DNA of 64,000 nucleotides from Narcine bancroftii (GCF_036971445.1 NC_091479.1:100130001-100194000), one strand, 5' to 3'. Shown: positions 13,165 through 26,303, counted from the first letter of the stretch. Program-made: numbers and translations. The notes: generated from the letters alone by a model not told the origin.

Positions 13165-14200
13165 TAAAATTTTATTTTTATTGGTTTGCAATAATACAAA
13201 AATTAAACAATTATATATTAAAATACAAATTACAAGAGAAAGGAAAAAAAAAACCCTTAATTCAAAACCCCAACCTCAATGCAAGGTTGGGAAAAAAAAA
13301 CTAACATGTGGGTATCAAGTGGCGACAACCTGGAAATAGAAAGCACAGCAGCCAAGTTCATAACAACCCTAAAACTTTAGATTGTGGTCATGGTCCATAA
13401 AGGGGCCCCATGTTTTTAGAAAATGAGTATTTGAATCTTTAATGGCATATCTAATTTTTTCTAAACTTAAACAAGACAATATAATATCATTTAACCATTG
13501 TGTGTGTGTGTGTGTGTGTGTTGTGGAGTATTGCCTTTCTATTTGATCAAAATTGCACGTCTGGCTATCAATGAAATAAGTGATAAAATTTGGTTTGCGT
13601 TGGAATCAGTAAAACATCATCTTAAAATGATCCAAAAAGAGGAAAAGGCAAAGTTCTAATTTTTCCTTGAGAATCACTGATAATGTTTGAAAATTATCTT
13701 TCCAAAATTTTTCTAAACTAGGGCAAGTTAAGAAAATGTGAATCAAAGAAGCCTCAGCAATTTTACATTTCTCACATAGATGATTTATATCAGAGTGTAA
13801 ACAAGACCATTTAAATTTAGACCTATGTACTCTATGGACCAACTTAAGTTGCAATAAGCAATGTTGTGCACAAAGGGAGGTTGTATTACAAATGGAATCC
13901 CAAACTTTATCAGAGAATGGAAGATTCAAATCCTGTTCCCAGTCTCTCTTGATCTTAACTAATGAGGCTATTCTTAAATCAAGCAATTTGTTATCAATCA
14001 ACCATATTGAATCTTTATGAGAAAGTTGTAAATCAAAAAGTAAATCAAGAATCAAGAATTTGGGGAAGTCAGGTATGAGACTGAACAAAATGTCTAAAAC
14101 TTGTAAATATCTAAAAACAATGAGCGTGTGGTAAGTTAAAAGGAAGCACAATGATTTCAAATAAAAATGTCTTTAAAATATTTAATACCCAATCGCTTTT
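13165..14200 (-). mobile_element. Older L1 3' fragment
   Basis: ORF2 C-terminus QLKLVHRVH...CEKCK...IHIFLTCP; decayed A-rich tail. Confidence 0.8.
13499..13521. repeat. (TG)n microsatellite
   Basis: About 11 TG units. Confidence 0.9.
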
Positions 14201-14607
14201 ACCTTTTTACTGATGGCAGGGGAAACACCCTCACTTAAATAAAGCTCATCTTCAAAAAGCTAAAAGGAATGGTGTTTCCCAATTTTTTATTATTATTGAC
14301 GGTCATTATTTGTCTTACTTCTTTTGTTACATTGTGATAATTTGGTTGACTGCCCATCATGGGTAGAAATAGAATAAAATTTTACAAAGATATTTGTTTG
14401 CTGGCAATTTTAGGGTCCTTTTTTTTTAATCTTCCTCTTTATACAAGTTAACTGATAATCCGACATTTAAACATAGCTTGAGAATATGGGCACAATTTAG
14501 AAGGTTTTTTGAATTTCAGAACTTTTCTCTTGCTAGCCTTATTATATCTAACCATCTTTTTCAACCTTCTTTGCAAGAGACTGGCTTTAATGACTGGCAT
14601 AGATTAG

Positions 14608-14832
14608 GTTTAAATTTTAATAGACATTTAGCACAGTAACAGGCCCTTTGGCCCATGAGCCCTTGCCATCCAATTAACCTACAACCTCTTGCATTTTGAA
14701 GGGTGGGAGGAAACTGGAGCACCCTGAGGAAACCCACATAGACATGAGGAGAACGCACCAACCTCTTACAGACAGAACTGGTTTCAAACTCGTCTTGATC
14801 ACTGATGTTGTAACAGTGTTGCACTAACTGTG
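14608..14832 (-). mobile_element. V-SINE
   Basis: Same family. Confidence 0.75.
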
Positions 14833-14920
14833 TCACCCTCTTGTGAATTGAACACCTCTTCTTCATTACAGTATAATAAAATCCTTGCAATAGTGTTCAT
14901 AGCCAGTGGAATTCACTCAC

Positions 14921-15058
14921 CTCTCCAAGGCTGCCCTCTGGTGGCAAGTGATAATGAGTTACCACAGTGCTAGTCCCTTTGATGATTCCAACATCATACC
15001 AGGGATTGCCTTCTCTCTTTGGAGTTACCTTGAGTTGTGAATAAGAATTTTCTTGTTT
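14921..15058 (-). CDS. HCFC2: HCF exon 21 (start of Fn3C)
   Basis: KQENSYSQLKVTPKREGNPWYDVGIIKGTSTVVTHYHLPPEGSLGE (W[FY]DVG motif). Confidence 0.92.
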
Positions 15059-15247
15059 CTGAAAAACAGTGACATCTGCTTTAGCACAAAAGACAAAACA
15101 GCCGTAGAATCAGACATCACTGAATTTACTTTTAAGAGCACAGATCCAGACGTTAGCTACTTACAATTTTCTATCACCAAGTTTGTCTTTCGAGCAAGAA
15201 TTAGATCATAGCATCCCCTCACATGAAGTGTCTATTATATAAACATC

Positions 15248-15865
15248 ACAAGATACAGGAGCAGAAGTAGGCCCATTGAGTCTGCTCCGCCATTCTAATC
15301 ATGAGCTGATTCTCCCACTCAGCCCCACTTCCCAGCTTTCTCTCCGTAACCCTTGATGCGCTGACTAATCAAATACCTGTCAATCTCTGCCTTATTTACA
15401 TCCTTGCTTCTACATCAGCCTGTGGCAACAAGTTCCACAGACTCACGCCTCTCTGACTGAAGGCATTTTCCACATCTCAGTTTTAAATTGACAGCTTTTT
15501 ATCCTGGAATCATGCCTTTTTGTTCTAGAATCCTCTCTCATGAGAAAAATCCCTTACCAATGAGTATAGTCCAAGAGTCGATAATCGCTCCTCGTCTACT
15601 AACCCTTTCATTCCTGGTATCGTTCTAGTAAATCTTCTCTGAACCCTCTCCAATGCCAGCATGTTTTTTTACTCAAATACTGCACCCACAACTGCACACA
15701 GTACTCCAAGTGACATCTCACCAGTGCTTTATAGAGTCTCAACATTACATCCCTGCTCTTGTATGCTATCCCTCTAGAAACAAATGCCAACATTGCATTT
15801 GCCTTCTTCACCACCAACCCAACCTGGTGGTCAACCTTTAGGGTATCCTGCACGAGGACTCCTAA
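15248..15865 (-). mobile_element. CR1-type LINE 3' fragment
   Basis: VVKKANAMLAFVSRGIAYKSRDVMLRLYKALVR.HLEYCVQ.W plus 3' tail. Confidence 0.88.
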
Positions 15866-15975
15866 AACATATCTAAATATCATGGAAGTATGTTTGTTCT
15901 CCATTGGCAGAATATGACCTATTGGCTCAGGGAAACTAATAAAATGCAGTGGAATTAGCAATAGTAACTATTTAC

Positions 15976-16061
15976 CCCATTTGCTACTGAATTACTGTTG
16001 GAGACTTCATTTGATGACACAGCTGCTGTGGAAGAGGATGATGGAACTGAACAGGCAGGAC
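15976..16061 (-). CDS. HCFC2: HCF exon 20
   Basis: SPACSVPSSSSTAAVSSNEVSNSNSVANG, compare HCF-1 EVANG; phase 1 to 0. Confidence 0.75.
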
Positions 16062-16569
16062 CTGGAAATAAAAGACCGACAAATTTATTTCATGTATGCC
16101 AAATGTCATTAAATCAGTCATTTATTGATTTTATTGACACCGAAATATTTAAATGATCAATGCAGCCCTCCTACATGAGGCAAAGATTCACATAGAACTA
16201 TAGCACAGTACAGGCCAATTGGCCTGAATATATTCCTACCTCGTAACTCTATTTTTCTTTCATCTGTGCACCTATTTAAGAGTCTCTTAAATGTATCTAA
16301 TGTTTCAGCCCCCACTACCAGGCACCCATAACACTGTGTAAAAATTTTTTTTACCCCAATGTCTACCCTAAAATTTCCTCCACTTTGAACAGATATCCTC
16401 TGGTATTTGCAATTCCCATCCAGGGAAAAAGGCACTAGTTGTCTACTTTATCTATCTAGATCTCTCAGAATCTTGTAGACCTTTATTAAGTCACCTCTCA
16501 TCCTTCTTCAGAGAGAAAAGCTCCAGGTCTGCTAACCTTGCACCTCCTCTCATCTCATCTCATTGACTG

Positions 16570-17410
16570 CATCCAGTGCTTCCGGTGCAGCCTCTTCTGA
16601 ATCAGTGAGATCAAACCCAGACGGGAGCCTTTTCACAGGGCGTCTACATTCTACTCTCACTAACTATACTGAGCTCCCAGTTGCACACCAATTCATCTCC
16701 CATTCCCACACCAACTGGGCTGTCCTGGACCTTCTCCAGTGCCAGAGTGAGGCCAAATGTAAACTAGTGGAACAATACCTACCGTTCTGCCTGGGCAAAC
16801 GACAATGGCATGAACATGAAATTTTCTAATTTCAGGTAACAAGCCCCCTCTTCTGTAGCACCTGCTCTTTCTCAACCTCCTCTTTTATTGTCCTTTTTCC
16901 ACACCCATTCTTATCCTGTCTCCTCTGGTTTCATCCCCCTTCACCCCTCTCTCCCCATTAGATTCTTGAGTTGTCCCCCCTCCTATCCAAACATTCCCAC
17001 TCCACAGCCCCACTCCCCCCCTCTAATCCCCACCCTCTGTTCCATCTGGTCTTTATTTACACCTCCATCAGCTTCCAGTACCAGTAACGTTTGTCTTGCA
17101 ATCACTCGTTCCATTCTGGGTAACTGACCTTCCTCCACCTAAGCCCTTGGTTTTTCGTGTCTCTCTCCCTCTGGACTCTACTGATCTACTGCCTCTGCCA
17201 TGCTTCACTGCTCCCTGATTCCCCAATCGCACATGGGGCCCCTGTCCCACCCAGTCCTCTTTTACACTGGCTTCTCTACAGTTTTCTACTCTTAATAGAG
17301 TTTTGGCTCAAAACATCAACCATTCTTTTTCTCCTATTAATGTTGCTCGACCCACTGAGTTCCTTCTGGAGAGTGTGTTTGGTTCCAGATTCAAGTACCT
17401 ACAGTCTCCT
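16570..17410 (+). mobile_element. Penelope-like element 3' part
   Basis: LPVAHQF.SHSH..AVLDLLQCQSEAKCKLVEQYL.F.LG resembles the PLE GIY-YIG C-terminus; pyrimidine-rich tail follows. Confidence 0.72.
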
Positions 17411-17583
17411 GTCGTGTTCATCAAGATATTCAAGTTACTGTGATGTATTTCTTCCAGTCCAACCTTGGTTTAACTGCTGAACATCACAGTTTATATAGAA
17501 GTGCAGACATCTGATCAAAATGAAAAAGACCGCAGAGGAAACACAAAAAGAATATGCATAATGTTTTAGTTGGTTAGACATAC

Positions 17584-17850
17584 TTAAAGTGGTAGATTGA
17601 TGAGCATCCACAGTACCAGTGACCTGGGATTGCAGACTGCTTTGTACACTTGTCTCCGTGGAAGTCATCATTACTGTTTGAGGAGTACTCGGTTGCACTG
17701 GAGGCTGCAGTGGATCCTCTTGTTTCACTGGTTTCTCTGGCATCTGAGGCACAAGCTGCTGGCAATGTTGTATGTGCTGAGAGGAGTCCACGTTCGGCAC
17801 CCCAGGTTCTGAGGCAGCATCTTCACTTGGAGATTTTACACTACTGCATG
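17584..17850 (-). CDS. HCFC2: HCF exon 19 (low complexity)
   Basis: ACSSVKSPSED...AHQSTTL; tag/gtatgt; phase 1 to 1. Confidence 0.75.
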
Positions 17851-17954
17851 CTAAAATATTAAACAAGCACTTCTGAAAAGATTCATCATTCCGAAATATT
17901 TAAGACACTCTGAAAAGTTGCGTTAAAACAGATTTGCTGCTACTGACTTCTAAG

Positions 17955-18530
17955 CTGGGAGGTGATGCTGCAGCTGTTTAAGGCATTGGTGAGGCCAGGT
18001 TTGGAGTACTGGGCTCAGTTCTGGTCTCCAAATTATAGAAAGGCTATAGATAAGGTGGAGAGGGTACAGAGAAGTTTTACAAGGATGTTGCTTGGCTTAC
18101 AGCATCTGGATTACAGGGAGAGATTAAGGAGACTGGGACTTTATTCATTGGAACATAGACGACTGAGAGGGGACTTGATAGAGGTATTTAAAATTATGAA
18201 AGGAATAGATAAACATAAACAGACACTTTCCCCTGAGGGCAGGGGAGGTAGGAACAAGAGGCCATGAGTTAAGGGTAAGGGGGAAACACTTTAGGAGAAA
18301 TATTAGAGGTGGCTTTTTCACTCAGCGAGTGGTGGCAGAATGGAATGAACTTCCGAATGAGATAGTTGCGTCAGGGTCCCTCTGTCATTTAAGAGAAGGT
18401 TGTACATCGAGGTGAGGGGGTTGGAGGGTTATTGGCAGTGAGCAGAAAGTTTGAGCTAGTGGAGTTGTTCCAGTGAACCGGTGCGGACTCGAAAGGCCGA
18501 CATGGCCTGTTTCCGCTCCGTAAATGGTTA
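17955..18530 (+). mobile_element. CR1-type LINE 3' fragment
   Basis: LQLFKALVRPGLEYWAQFWSP...LERRRLRGDLIEVFKIM-like. Confidence 0.88.
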
Positions 18531-18629
18531 TGCTGATTGCAACCCTTTCTTATTAGGTTGAGTCATTTTAAACTCACACATGTAAAGAATTAATGGCTTT
18601 AGATAATCAAAACAAGCATGGGCTTATTA

Positions 18630-19830
18630 GGGATCGTCAGTGTGATTTTGTGCAGGAGAGATCACATCTTATAACCTAGATTGACTTATTTTTGAAGCGA
18701 TCATGTAGATGACTGATGATCTTAGGGTCATTGATATGGTTTACATGAACTTTTGGTTCAACAAGGTTCCCTCATGGCAGGCTGATCCAAATGGTGAAGG
18801 CACATGGAATCAACTGAGACTTGACAAATTGGATCCAAAACTGCCGGCCAGAGAGAAAAGAGGGATAGTGGTGGAAGGGTGTTTTTCCTAGTGGTGTTCA
18901 ATGCAGATCAAATCTGTGACATCTATTATTTATGATAGGCAAAAATTGGAAGGGTTGTGGTTAGTGAAGAAACTTGTCAAAGGATACAGTGGAATACGGT
19001 TGAAAAAGAGGGCAGAGAAATGGCTGATGAAGTTTAATACAGGCAAGTGTGAGGGGCTACATTTTTGGAGGTCAAATGCAAGAAATATGTCATAAATGAC
19101 AGGATATCGAAGAGCACCAATGTACAGAGGGATCTTGAGATGCAATTGGACAGGGTGGTAATAGTACATTTGACTCCATCGGTCAAGACACGGAGTACAA
19201 AAGTTTTAGCTGTATAAAGCATTTGGAATATTGCATGCAATTCTGGTTGTCACATTACAGGAAGGAAGCTTTAGAGAGTGAAGCTCAGCAGGTTGTTGCC
19301 TGAATTGGAACACATTAGCTACCTGATGAAGCATGAAATGTGTCTTTATCTTTGCTATACAAAGTACATTGTTTGACCTGCTGAGTTTCTCCAGCATCGT
19401 GTTCTTACTGAGCTACAAAGAGAGGCTGGTCAAACTTGAATGGTCTTTTCTGGAATATTAGAGGCAGAGTGGCAACCTGACAGAAGAATTTAAAATTATG
19501 TTGAGGCACCAACAAGGTAGATAGGGAATGTACCCCCCCCCCAACCTAGGGATAATTGTCGAATTATAGAGAGAATTATAGAGAGAATTGATGCAAGATG
19601 AAAGGGGGGAAATTTAAAGAAGATTTGCAAGGCAAGTTTCTTTTTAAGCCTAGAGGTAGGAATCTAGAACAAGATGCTAGGGATGCAGTAGGCTCACTCG
19701 TAACCTCCAGGTGGCACTAAGAGAAAGACAAGGAACAATCAGGGAGTAGAGGGAGGATATGGACAGTGTGCAAGCAAATGGGATTAGTTTAAATTGGCAT
19801 CATGGTAATCATGTGGCCTGTTTCTGTGCT
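18630..19830 (+). mobile_element. Decayed CR1 LINE with inserted Penelope-type tail
   Basis: Fragments such as VIDMVYMNF..NKVP and AEKWLMKFNTGKCE. Confidence 0.7.
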
Positions 19831-20246
19831 ATCTATAATGGTATGTTTCTGTGCTATCTATAATGGTATGAACAGAATTCTTAAATAGCAATGCATACGT
19901 TCTTTACAGGCATACAATGTAATCAGCACTAATTTAATAGCAAGGGTAGAACTGCATCTAAAGTTAATGATAAATAATTATGTTTAGAGTACTATACACA
20001 CTTAATTCAAAACCCAGCATTCTTAAAGCAACATCTTCACATCCAATTCCATTAGTTTGCAGAATTAAACTAAAAAAAGTTTATAGATGCTCTACCTATC
20101 GAGATTCTTCACAAAAACACGTTTCTAACTCCAGGCTACACCCATTTATTTTGCTGCAACAAGTTAGTTATTTAGATGATTTTAAAAAAATACCTAAACA
20201 ATTACTGTCTATTCCACAATTACTTGTTTTGAGAGGTATTCCTTAC

Positions 20247-20637
20247 CTGTAGTTGTTGGTAATGAGGACACTGGAACATCTCCAGCAGCCATTTTGTGTT
20301 GAATGTTGTCCACTGGTTTTGCTTCAGCCAAAAAAGGCTCTGTTGCAGCGGTAAGGGGAAGCTGTTCAAGGTTTTGGCTCAGAGAGTCCTCGGGTTTTTC
20401 ACTCTCTGCTGTCTCCTGTGGGCTCTGGAAGGCCTCTGACTGATCAGGTTGCTGACTCTCGGCCAGTGGAGGGCCAGCTGCATTTTCCAAGTTCTTTACT
20501 GTCTGTTCAGATGAAGGCTGGGTCTCTGCACTGCCTGGATCTTGGGCAGAATCTGTAGCAGGTGCTACGTGTGACGAGCTTGAATCTGACACGGTTGAAC
20601 TACTGCTGGAAGTAATCTCTGAGCCTGCTGAGATGGC
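20247..20637 (-). CDS. HCFC2: HCF exon 18 (acidic, low complexity)
   Basis: Open S/E/Q/P-rich frame AISAGSE...SSLPTTT; cag/gtaagg; phases fit neighbouring exons. Confidence 0.8.
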
Positions 20638-21717
20638 CTGATGATTGGAAAGCAAAGAAATTAAGAATAAAAAGCACATGCCTGGTACAAAGTAATACAT
20701 TCAACCAGTTTCTGGCTTTTAGAAATACACAGTTACAAGTTATTCGGACAAGCAAAGGTATTTACCAAATTCCATTTTGCAATGAATAATCTAATGCTTA
20801 AAAAAAAAGAAGCAAAGAATTATGAATTAAATATCACCCAATTAAAAATAATGTCAGACCAGATATACTTACAAGGTATTCTCTGAGTCGGGAGTAGGTT
20901 TAAATTCCACAGAACCAACCCAAGCAGCTTTTACCATTCCAAGGCCAACTCCTCTCATCCCCAAGATCTTGTCTCCTCCAGCCTACACCACCACATGAAG
21001 ATGCTCGAGGATCAGTGGAATGCCCCCAAGGGACTGGAATCAGAAACTTCTGGCCTGACACTAACGAGGCTCAATCTCAAAATGGTCCTGGACAATTTAT
21101 CCATCACTGGCAGTTAAATCTAATCCTGGGAATAGAAATCCTCTCTGGTGCTCCTGAATAACTTTATGTTCCCTCCCCCCCACCCCACCCCACAGGGAGC
21201 CTGTATAATGTATCTTAATTCTATTTTATTCTAAATATTGGTGCGAGTTCTTTTCCTTGATAATTGGAATGTGACAACATTAAAGCAAACATTTATTCAA
21301 AATCCCTTGTCCCCTTGAGAAAGTAACCTTGAATCACCAGCAATTATGAGGTGAGTTGCGGGTCGTGTTGAATTTAACTGTTACCCAGAGAACTCTCATC
21401 TTCATCCCATCATAGTTATTTTTACTTTAATTTTAATTTAGAGATACAGTACAATAACAGGCCTTTCCAATCGACCAATCAACTTTTATGCCTTTGGAGC
21501 GTAGGAGGAAACCAGAGCACCTGGATCACGGGGAGAAAGTACAAACTCTTTACAAACAGCGAAGGTTTCAAACCCGACTCTTTGGTGCTGTAGTAGCAAG
21601 AAGTGCAAGATCTGCAAATCCCCCAAATATCCTTTTACATGTTGAACACAGGAAAATCTGTAAAAAGAGCAATGCTTATTGGTGCAGCATCTGAAGAGAA
21701 TCTCTTTTTTACCTTAC

Positions 21718-21878
21718 CTGCAGTGAAGGACCAGGAGTCGGTGTGGACTGGGTAACACTGGTGACTGCTCCAGTATGTGCTGCTGAGACGGTGGTGGCAG
21801 TATTTGTAGTTCCTGCAGTTGCTGTTTCTCCATGAACACTGTCCGGTAAACCATTGTTACTTGAGTCAGGTGGCTGAA
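21718..21878 (-). CDS. HCFC2: HCF exon 17 (PRO-like repeat 2)
   Basis: QPPDSS...HGETATAGTTNTATTVSA..AVTSVTQSTPTPGPSLQ, compare HCF-1 AVTTVTQSTPVPGPSVP. Confidence 0.87.
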
Positions 21879-21994
21879 CTGTGATAAACAAATTCCAACA
21901 GGGTAAAAAGCATAATGTGGGATAATGCTCCATATGTGAAATTGTGGCGTTTGTGTCGTGGTGGAAACAGATACATTAAGAAGCTAGAGATTAG

Positions 21995-22190
21995 TAAAAT
22001 GTTACAGCACCGTGGATTAAAATCCAGCGCTGTCTGTAAGGAGTATGTTTATTCTCCCCATGGGTCTGGTTTTCTCTGGGCGCTCCCACCTTTTGAAAAC
22101 ATATGGGGGTTGTTGGTTAATTAGGGTATTTGGGTGGCATGGGCTTGTGGGCCAAACGGCCTGATACTGTGCTGTACGTTTAAATTTAAA
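21995..22190 (+). mobile_element. V-SINE
   Basis: Same family; opposite copy at about 21430-21595 on the other side of exon 17. Confidence 0.72.
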
Positions 22191-23044
22191 GAAGCTTTTA
22201 CATAGACACATGAATATGCAGGGAATCAACGGATGCTTGTCATGTGCAAGCAGAATTTTAGTTTAATTTGGGCATCACGTTCAGTTCATACAGGTAGGAT
22301 GAAAGGCCTGTTCTGTGCAATCTTGTTTTATGTTCTAGTTGTGAGTCAACACCCCATTAAAACTAAGAATGCGAGGTGAAACCCATATTTTTTTTCTACA
22401 TCTACCATGGTCATGAAAACACTAAAATTAAATGTCCAAATGCAAAATAAGACTCACTCTTCTGTATTGATTGCATGTGAGGGGTTTATTATATTTCTAA
22501 TCATACCCAAACAGAACACAAGCAGAAATTCCTATAAAGTCCGCTTACCCAAAACCCCTCTTCCACTCAAGTACCTCGAATTTACAAATTTCCCTAAAGC
22601 CAACCTCATAAAAAGAGTTTTAGTTGGTTATAATATTTTATTAGGTTAATTTTTTTTGAATTACACTTCATGAAAATCCTTGGTATAGGTTTCAACATTT
22701 ACAACACTCTATAAATGTAAATTTACTGTTAGGTCAAATGTATTGTGTGTCCTTCAGCTGAGTGATGTGAATATTCACATCTGACATCTCTCATGACTGA
22801 TGTGCACTGCCTCCGTCTGGGATGGGATGTGGTGAAATTTTACGCCATACCAGTAAAATTCCAATTGAAAAGATTTTTAAAAACAATTGGTGGTACAGTC
22901 ACATTAACTAGCACACTGACGGTGGTGCCCCTACAGTTCCAGTACTTCGCATTCAGTCCTTATCTCCTGTGCTGTGTGATGGCTGCATGCTCTCTTTTTG
23001 ATCCTGTGCCCTATATCCCAAAGGCATGTGGGTTGGTACCTGAT

Positions 23045-23276
23045 ACATTTGGCTACTTGGAATTCTCTAACCAGGGAAGTGGTTGAAGCTGCCTCATTAA
23101 ACCTATTTAAAATTCGGTTAGATAAATTTTTACATGATAGAGGAATTAGGGATATGGGGAGAAGGCAGGTAGGTGGAGTTAGGTCATAAATTAGATCAGC
23201 CATGATCATATTGAATGGCGGAGCAGGCTCGATGGGCCATTTTTGGCCTACTCCTGTTCCTACTTCCTATGTTCCT
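23045..23276 (+). mobile_element. CR1 3' end
   Basis: WNSLTREVVEAASLNLFKIRLDKFL, tail CTCCTGTTCCTACTTCCTATGTTCCTA. Confidence 0.8.
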
Positions 23277-23369
23277 AAGTCTGGCTCCAAGAAGACAACA
23301 AGAGTTCACTGTCTGGTTATCATCTTTGTTTCAGCAGGTAATTTTAGCAAATTTACTTCTCAAATTGAG

Positions 23370-23560
23370 TGGCATGGTTAGCGCAACACTATTATAGCAT
23401 CAGCAACCTAGGTTCTAATCTCGCGCTCTATGTCAGGAGTCTGCACCATCCACCCCCAGTGTATGCGTGGTGCTCCCCAGGTGCTCTGGATTCCTCCCAC
23501 CCATCAAAATGTACAGGGTTGTAGGTTAATTTGGGTGTAATTGGACAGCAGGTGTTTAAA
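23370..23560 (+). mobile_element. V-SINE
   Basis: Same family. Confidence 0.72.
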
Positions 23561-23683
23561 CAGCCAGAATCAACTTCTACTTTGGTGTAAATATTTTTTT
23601 TAATTAAAATATTAATGATAACCATTGCTCTTTAAATAGAATGATTAATTCCACACACTGGACTTCTTGTTTAGTCTACTCAC

Positions 23684-23927
23684 TTTGATTCAGAGATATG
23701 TTGGCTGTGCTAGAGGTAGCTGTATTCGTGGTGTTTGTCTCGGTAGTTTCATGGGCTGGTTCTTCTGCAGCTTGAATTGTTGGTTGATCTGTGGTTTGGA
23801 TGCTATTCTCAGCAACAATTACTGCAGCTGCTGGTTGTTCTACAGCCGCCGGCACCTGAATGTCACTGGTGTGTGTAACCAAGCCTGTTACTCGAGGGGA
23901 AATTGCTTCTGATATCACAAACATGGG
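23684..23927 (-). CDS. HCFC2: HCF exon 16 (PRO-like repeat 1)
   Basis: ...AVEQPAAAVIVAENS...EEPAHETTETNTTNTATSSTANISLNQ; cag/gtgagt. Confidence 0.85.
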
Positions 23928-25154
23928 CTGTCAAACACAAAATACATACAGCAATAAAATATTAACATGATTACTTCAATGAATGTGTAAATATCAAGGA
24001 ATATTATAAAATAATCAAAATAAGGTGTAAAGAAAACTTCAAAACTTAGAGGAATACTAAAATCTTTGAACTTCAAATTCATTATTTAGATTATTTTCAG
24101 ATGAATGGAAACTGCAGAGGTAAAACAAACTATACCCTTATTTAATCCACAGGGGTATAACATGAGCAATTCTATTTAATGAACATTAATTAAAAACATT
24201 TCTCTTTTAAATAGAGAGATTAATTTCAAACACGTGGTTTTTGCTTAATCTATCTGCTTAGTTTCAGAAATGTATTTGCAACATTGAGGCACAACATATT
24301 AAAAAATTGCAAACATTAATGCCACATCATAAAACAGCCCATGGAGACTTTATACACCAAGCATGACAGAGCTTTGCAGATATATTTCTGGTAGTGTTTT
24401 TGTTTAAACATAAAAAGAATAGAAATTTGCAAGTGAGTTTCTTCCTCATCCCCCGAACAAATACTTGCAATAGATAAGAACAAGATTCTACCTCATATGT
24501 GACGAAAGTAGATAGAGGTAATAAGCACAGATGGAAGAGAAGGTTTTGTTTCTGAGGAAATTGGTTAAAGGTTGTGGGTATTAGACATTAAAATGGAGTT
24601 AAGGAACAAAAGAACAAAGGATTTAGAATCAATATGCTGGCTAACAGGAAACCAATGAACAAACACTGAAATGCTGGAGGGACTCAACAGGTCAGACCGA
24701 ATCCATGGATAGTATGGGAAGTCAACATTTTGAGTCGTGAATCTTTATTAATAAACCAAGAAAGTTGTAGCCAGCCCAATGTGCCGGTAGAAAAAAAACA
24801 AATTCACAAAGAAAAACCTGGAGTCTATTAGAAGTGTGCCAACCTGGACTTTAAGGAAAATCTTAAAGGTGAATCAGAAGAGTCGTGGTGGGTATCGTTG
24901 AGTCTGACAGCAAAAGAGATAATGGGAGAAGGTATTTCTCAAGGCTAGTAAGAGGAATGAAACACATGGTGGTGGTTGTAGTTTGGAGGTGGTGAGCGAA
25001 GGGAGAGGGTGAAAAGGAAGCAGAAGATGGAAGAGAGGAAGACAGAGACCATCAGTGCTGGAATCTGGAACAAAACAGAAAATTCAGTGGGTTGAGAAGC
25101 ACTTGTGGAGGCGAAGGAATTGTCAACATTTTGTTTGGAGAACCTGTAACAGGA

Positions 25155-25722
25155 TCAGAGCAGAGAGGGAAGACAGACAATATAAAGAGGAGAGGGGTAG
25201 GGGTTAAGTGGATGGAACAGAGGGGAAAGATAGCCAGTATAAAGAGGAGGGGGGGGGGGAAGGGGTGTAACAGAACACTGATCATCCGAGACTCTCATAT
25301 TCATGAAACAATATTAGATTTCAGATTTATTGTCAGAGTACATACATGACATCTTTTCTGCAGGCAAGGCAGAATTACCAATTATTGGTAGTGCAAAAAA
25401 AAAAAAAAAAATTTGTATAGATGAAATACTTGTCCTGCATAAGTATTGTTTGTTGGTGCATGTGTAATGTCCTGTTGTATGCCTGCGTGTTTCACACTGA
25501 GGACCAGAGAACATTGTTGCATCGGGTTGTACTTGTACAATCAGCTGACAATAAACTTGACTTGAGGACAGAGCAGAGAGGGACGGCAACTAGTACAAAG
25601 AGGAGAGGGGGAGGAGGTATCAGGACAGAGCAGAGAGGAAAGAGAGCCAGCATGAAGAGGAGAGGAAAAGGGTGAAAGACAGAGCAGAGAGGGAAGACAG
25701 CCAGTACAAAGAGGAGAGGGTG
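25155..25722. repeat. Purine-rich tandem repeat (about 50-60-bp unit) interrupted by LINE tail fragments
   Basis: Five copies of CAGAGCAGAGAGGGAAGACAGCCAGTA[TC]AAAGAGGAGAGG; insert at about 25265-25565. Confidence 0.75.
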
Positions 25723-26082
25723 CAGTGTGTAACAGGGGCTGGTTGGTGAGGAAAGTTGGAGGCAGATGGGGGAGCAGGAGAGATGAAGTAGGGAGGTAAA
25801 GGTAGGAGAACAGTAGATGGAAGAAGACAAGGAGAAAAGGGAAATGGAGTTGAGAAGGCAAAGACAGTTGCTGGAAGGTTAGAAGCGATAACACAAATTC
25901 TACCAGTGCTGGAAATAGATAAGAAAATGACAATGAACCATTAGGTCATAAGGGCAGAGGCATCAGTATGTGGTGTGTGGGTAGTAGATGGAAGAAATCG
26001 GGAAGGAGAGATAGTGTGATGGACCAAGATCTTGATTAAACCGTAAACTACAAATATTCAAAACAAACAGCCAATCAAATAC

Positions 26083-26303
26083 CTCAGTGTTAACTACAGA
26101 AGGACTTGAGACAATTCCTGTTGTAGCCATTAATGTTGCTGGTGCCACAGGCAAAGGATCAATTGCTGTATTAATCCCTTGGCTAGCCAGTGTTGTTACT
26201 CTGGTCAGAGCAGCGGCCGGTGTTGTGAAACTTGACGCAGGACTTGTTATGGCAGAGTGGGCAGTAGACACTGTAGCAGTCACAGTACCTAAGGAAGTAA
26301 CAC
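26083..26303 (-). CDS. HCFC2: HCF exon 15
   Basis: GVTSLGTVTATVST...TTLASQGINT...VVNTE, compare HCF-1 GVTTLGTVTGTVST; phase 1 to 0. Confidence 0.88.

Noticed and set aside
19821-19870. 25-bp direct tandem duplication TTTCTGTGCTATCTATAATGGTATG
   Set aside because: Ordinary slippage at a CR1 3' tail.
15976-26303. Taspase1 cleavage site (Q[FILV]DG) as in invertebrate HCF
   Set aside because: No such motif found in the translated central exons.
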